Below are positions 61,072 through 64,000 of a stretch of DNA of 64,000 nucleotides, piece after piece. The DNA lies in assembly GCA_950097015.1 (NCBI GenBank), contig CATNEN010000038.1, positions 11,904,001 to 11,968,000 of the forward strand. The letters run 5' to 3'. The DNA comes from Macrostomum hystrix. Taxonomy: Eukaryota > Animalia > Platyhelminthes. The stretch's first letter is position 1. Each line of letters starts with the position of its first letter. The translations under genes and the position numbers were made by a program. A model generated the notes under the pieces. That model was given only the letters and a program-made list of their open reading frames with translations. It was not told where the DNA came from and ran no database searches.

Positions 61072-61481
61072 CTCACTGGACTCTGCTTAGCTTAATCTGT
61101 GGCTATTTAACAGTTAGTACCATTGCTAAAGCTGCGAATTGGTCAGGTCTGTGATTCAATTAGCGTTTCTCACTCGCCTCTGTGTTTGGCTGTTATAATA
61201 GAAACAATAGCTTCATTCGCTTATAATGTTATTATTAATTATCGCAAATTTGAGACACTTTTATAAGAATGTGTAAAAACAAGTTGTGTCCTTATCATAA
61301 CTTCCTATCCATGTGTCTAGTAATATGTTGAAGTTTTCTTCAATGTCTTGAAAAACATACATTTGAGCTGTGCTAATGCTGTTAGACCAATTCGTTCTAA
61401 ATTATTTTTTGTTCTCAGTCTAAAGTGCTACCCTTACTGTGTTCGCTGCTTAACGATAGTTATGCATAGCTTTCTGCGAAT

Positions 61482-62745
61482 GTGTTAGATAGCAGCTTCA
61501 CAGGGTGTTAGACACTTGTGTTAGACAGCTGCTTCACGGGGTGTTAGACACTCGTGTTAGACAGCTGCTTCACGGGGTGTTAGACACTCGTGTTAGATAG
61601 CAGCTTCACGGGGTGTTAGACACTCGTGTTAGACAGCAGCTTCACGGGGTGTTAGACACGTGTTAGACAGCAGCTTCACAGGGTGTTAGACACTTGTGTT
61701 AGACAGCTGCTTCACAGGGTGTGAGGCACTCGTGTTAGACAGCAGCTTCACGGGGTGTTAGACACTCGTGTTAGACAGCAGCTTCACGGGGTGTTAGACA
61801 CTCGTGTTAGACAGCAGCTTCACGGGGTGTTAGACACTCGTGTTAGACAGCAGCTTCACGGGGTGTTAGACACTCGTGTTAGACAGCAGCTTCACGGGGT
61901 GTTAGACACTCGTGTTAGACAGCAGCTTCACGGGGTGTTACACACTCGTGTTAGACAGCAGCTTCACAGGGTGTTAGACACTTGTGTTAGACAGCAGCTT
62001 CACGGGGTGTTAGACACTCGTGTTAGACAGCAGCTTCACGGGGTGTTAGACACTCGTGTTAGACAGCAGCTTCACGGGGTGTTAGACACTCGTGTTAGAC
62101 AGCAGCTTCACGGGGTGTTACACACTCGTGTTAGACAGCAGCTTCACAGGGTGTTAGACACTTGTGTTAGACAGCAGCTTCACGGGATGTTAGACACATG
62201 TGTTAGACAGCAGCTTCACGGGGTGTTAGACACTCGTGTTAGACAGCAGCTTCACGGGGTGTTAGACACTCGTGTTAGACAGCAGCTTCACGGGGTGTTA
62301 GACACTCGTGTTAGACAGCAGCTTCACGGGGTGTTAGACACTCGTGTTAGACAGCAGCTTCACAGGGTGTTAGACACTTGTGTTAGACAGCAGCTTCACG
62401 GGGTGTTAGACACTCGTGTTAGACAGCAGCTTCACAGGGTGTTAGACACTCGTGTTAGACAGCAGCTTCACGGGGTGTTAGACACATGTGTTAGACAGCA
62501 GCTTCACGGGGTGTTAGACACTCGTGTTAGACAGCAGCTTCACGGGGTGTTAGACACTCGTGTTAGACAGCAGCTTCACGGGGTGTTAGACACTCGTGTT
62601 AGACAGCAGCTTCACGGGGTGTTAGACACTCGTGTTAGACAGCAGCTTCACGGGGTGTTAGACACTCGTGTTAGACAGCTGCTTCACGGGGTGTTAGACA
62701 CTCGTGTTAGACAGCAGCTTCACGGGGTGTTAGACACTAGTGTTA
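61482..62745. repeat. 36-bp minisatellite (GTGTTAGACACTCGTGTTAGACAGCAGCTTCACGGG)n, ~35 units
   Basis: Directly visible; GTGTTAGACA occurs twice per unit. Confidence 0.97.
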
Positions 62746-63264
62746 CTTAATTTTGGGTAATCACTAATAAAGGCACCTGCTACACTCAAAATAAAATAAA
62801 TTTAAGCAAACTATCGATGCAAGTTATAGTAGTACAATTAGAGCACTATTTAGTCCGAGTGTCAGCTCACTAGACCATATACAATATACTCAAATGATCA
62901 CGCAATGCTCTGTCTGTCTGTCTGCTAAAAACAGCCTAAACGCAATCTCGTTTTTATAGAAAACCTCAGCTTTTAATCCTACTTCAAGTAGCAAAATTCG
63001 ACTTTTTTTAGCTTAATAAATTGTTGCAGTTAAAAAACATTCAGTTCATTCTAAAATGCTCTATTTGCCCCTCAGTATGATTTGCAAATTTTTTATATTT
63101 GCTACTGACCAGCTCCCGGTCAATGATACCTTTAATGACAAACAGAAATATAGTTTGTAGATACTGCTAACAGCCCGATGGTAGGCTGAGGCTTAAAAAC
63201 GCTGAGGGCCTAAACTAAGCAAATATTTATCAAACATTTACTGTGTTATAACTGTGGTGTCCTT

Positions 63265-63350
63265 GGCATCCAAATGCTGCGTACAGCTGTTCAGTCCATG
63301 GACAGGGGACCTCCACCAACCTATCTTAGGTGGTTGAACTGAAGTAATAT
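63265..63350 (-). mobile_element. Fragment of SINE family A
   Basis: GCTGCGTACAGCTGTTCAGTCCATGGAC matches the reverse complement of the family A body. Confidence 0.6.
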
Positions 63351-63366
63351 GGAATTTAGTATATCG

Positions 63367-64000
63367 CCATTCAGTCTGTCTGTCACCCATTCATTCAGTC
63401 TGTCTGTGTCACCCATTCTTTCTGTCTGTCACCCATTCATTCAGCTCAGTCTGTCTGTCACCCATTCATTCAGTCCATCACCCATTCAGTCTGTCTGTCA
63501 CCCATTCAGTCTGTCTGTCACCCATTCAGTCTGTCTGTCTGTCTGTCACCCATTCATTCAGTCCATCACCCATTCAGTCTGTCTGTCACCCATTCAGTCT
63601 GTCTGTCTGTCTGTCACCCATTCATTCAGTCTGTCACCCATTCAGTCAGTATGTCACCCATTCAGTCTGTCTGTCACCCATTCAGTCAGTATGTCACCCA
63701 TTCAGTCTGTCTGTCACCCATTCAGTCAGTCTGTCACCCATTCTGTCTGTCTGTTACCCGTTCAGTCTGTCTGTCACCCATTCAGTCTGTCTGTCAGTCT
63801 GTCACCAATTCAGTCAGTCTGTCACCCATTCTGTCTGTCTGTCACCCATTCAGTCTGTCACTCCATCTGCCTGTCTGTCACCCATTCAGTCTGTCACCCA
63901 TTCAGTCTGTCACTCCATCTGTCTGTCTGTCACCCATTCAGTCTGTCACCCATTCAGTCTGTCACCCATTCAGTCAGTCTGTCACCCATTCAGTCTGTCA
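63367..64000. repeat. Variable 16-24-bp repeat built from GTCACCCATTCA + (GTCT)n; runs off the window end
   Basis: Directly visible. Confidence 0.95.

Noticed and set aside
61755-62750. 331-aa ORF of VLDTRVRQQLHG repeats
   Set aside because: A 36-bp unit that lacks stops in one frame; GTG start, indels and a TAG-bearing variant in upstream units, and no unique domain.

Overview
Eukaryotic (animal) genomic DNA with spliceosomal introns. Composition (GC-rich exons, short introns, CAG runs, very abundant minisatellites) resembles a free-living flatworm such as Macrostomum; this is inference, not identification. 1-2.6 kb: nested retroelement debris plus a 173-bp Helitron-like element. 2.6-20.5 kb: composite satellite of 18-bp and 23-bp monomers with ~0.5-kb and ~4-kb higher-order periods, apparently grown from the internal repeats of that Helitron family. 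21.7-30.7 kb: ~760-bp direct repeats enclosing RTE LINE pieces and a 3-exon secreted PAN/Apple + 3x TSR gene, then a probable pseudogene remnant and a solo LTR. 31.5-52.3 kb: four intact tandem 6-exon DEG/ENaC channel genes on the minus strand, with patchy gene conversion, a GC-AG intron and an unusual thumb domain. 55.9-61.1 kb: divergent importin-alpha gene, with a CpG-free upstream zone and minisatellite-filled introns. Two tRNA-derived SINE families (one CORE-type) are scattered throughout. Exon boundaries were read by hand and checked for frame consistency.
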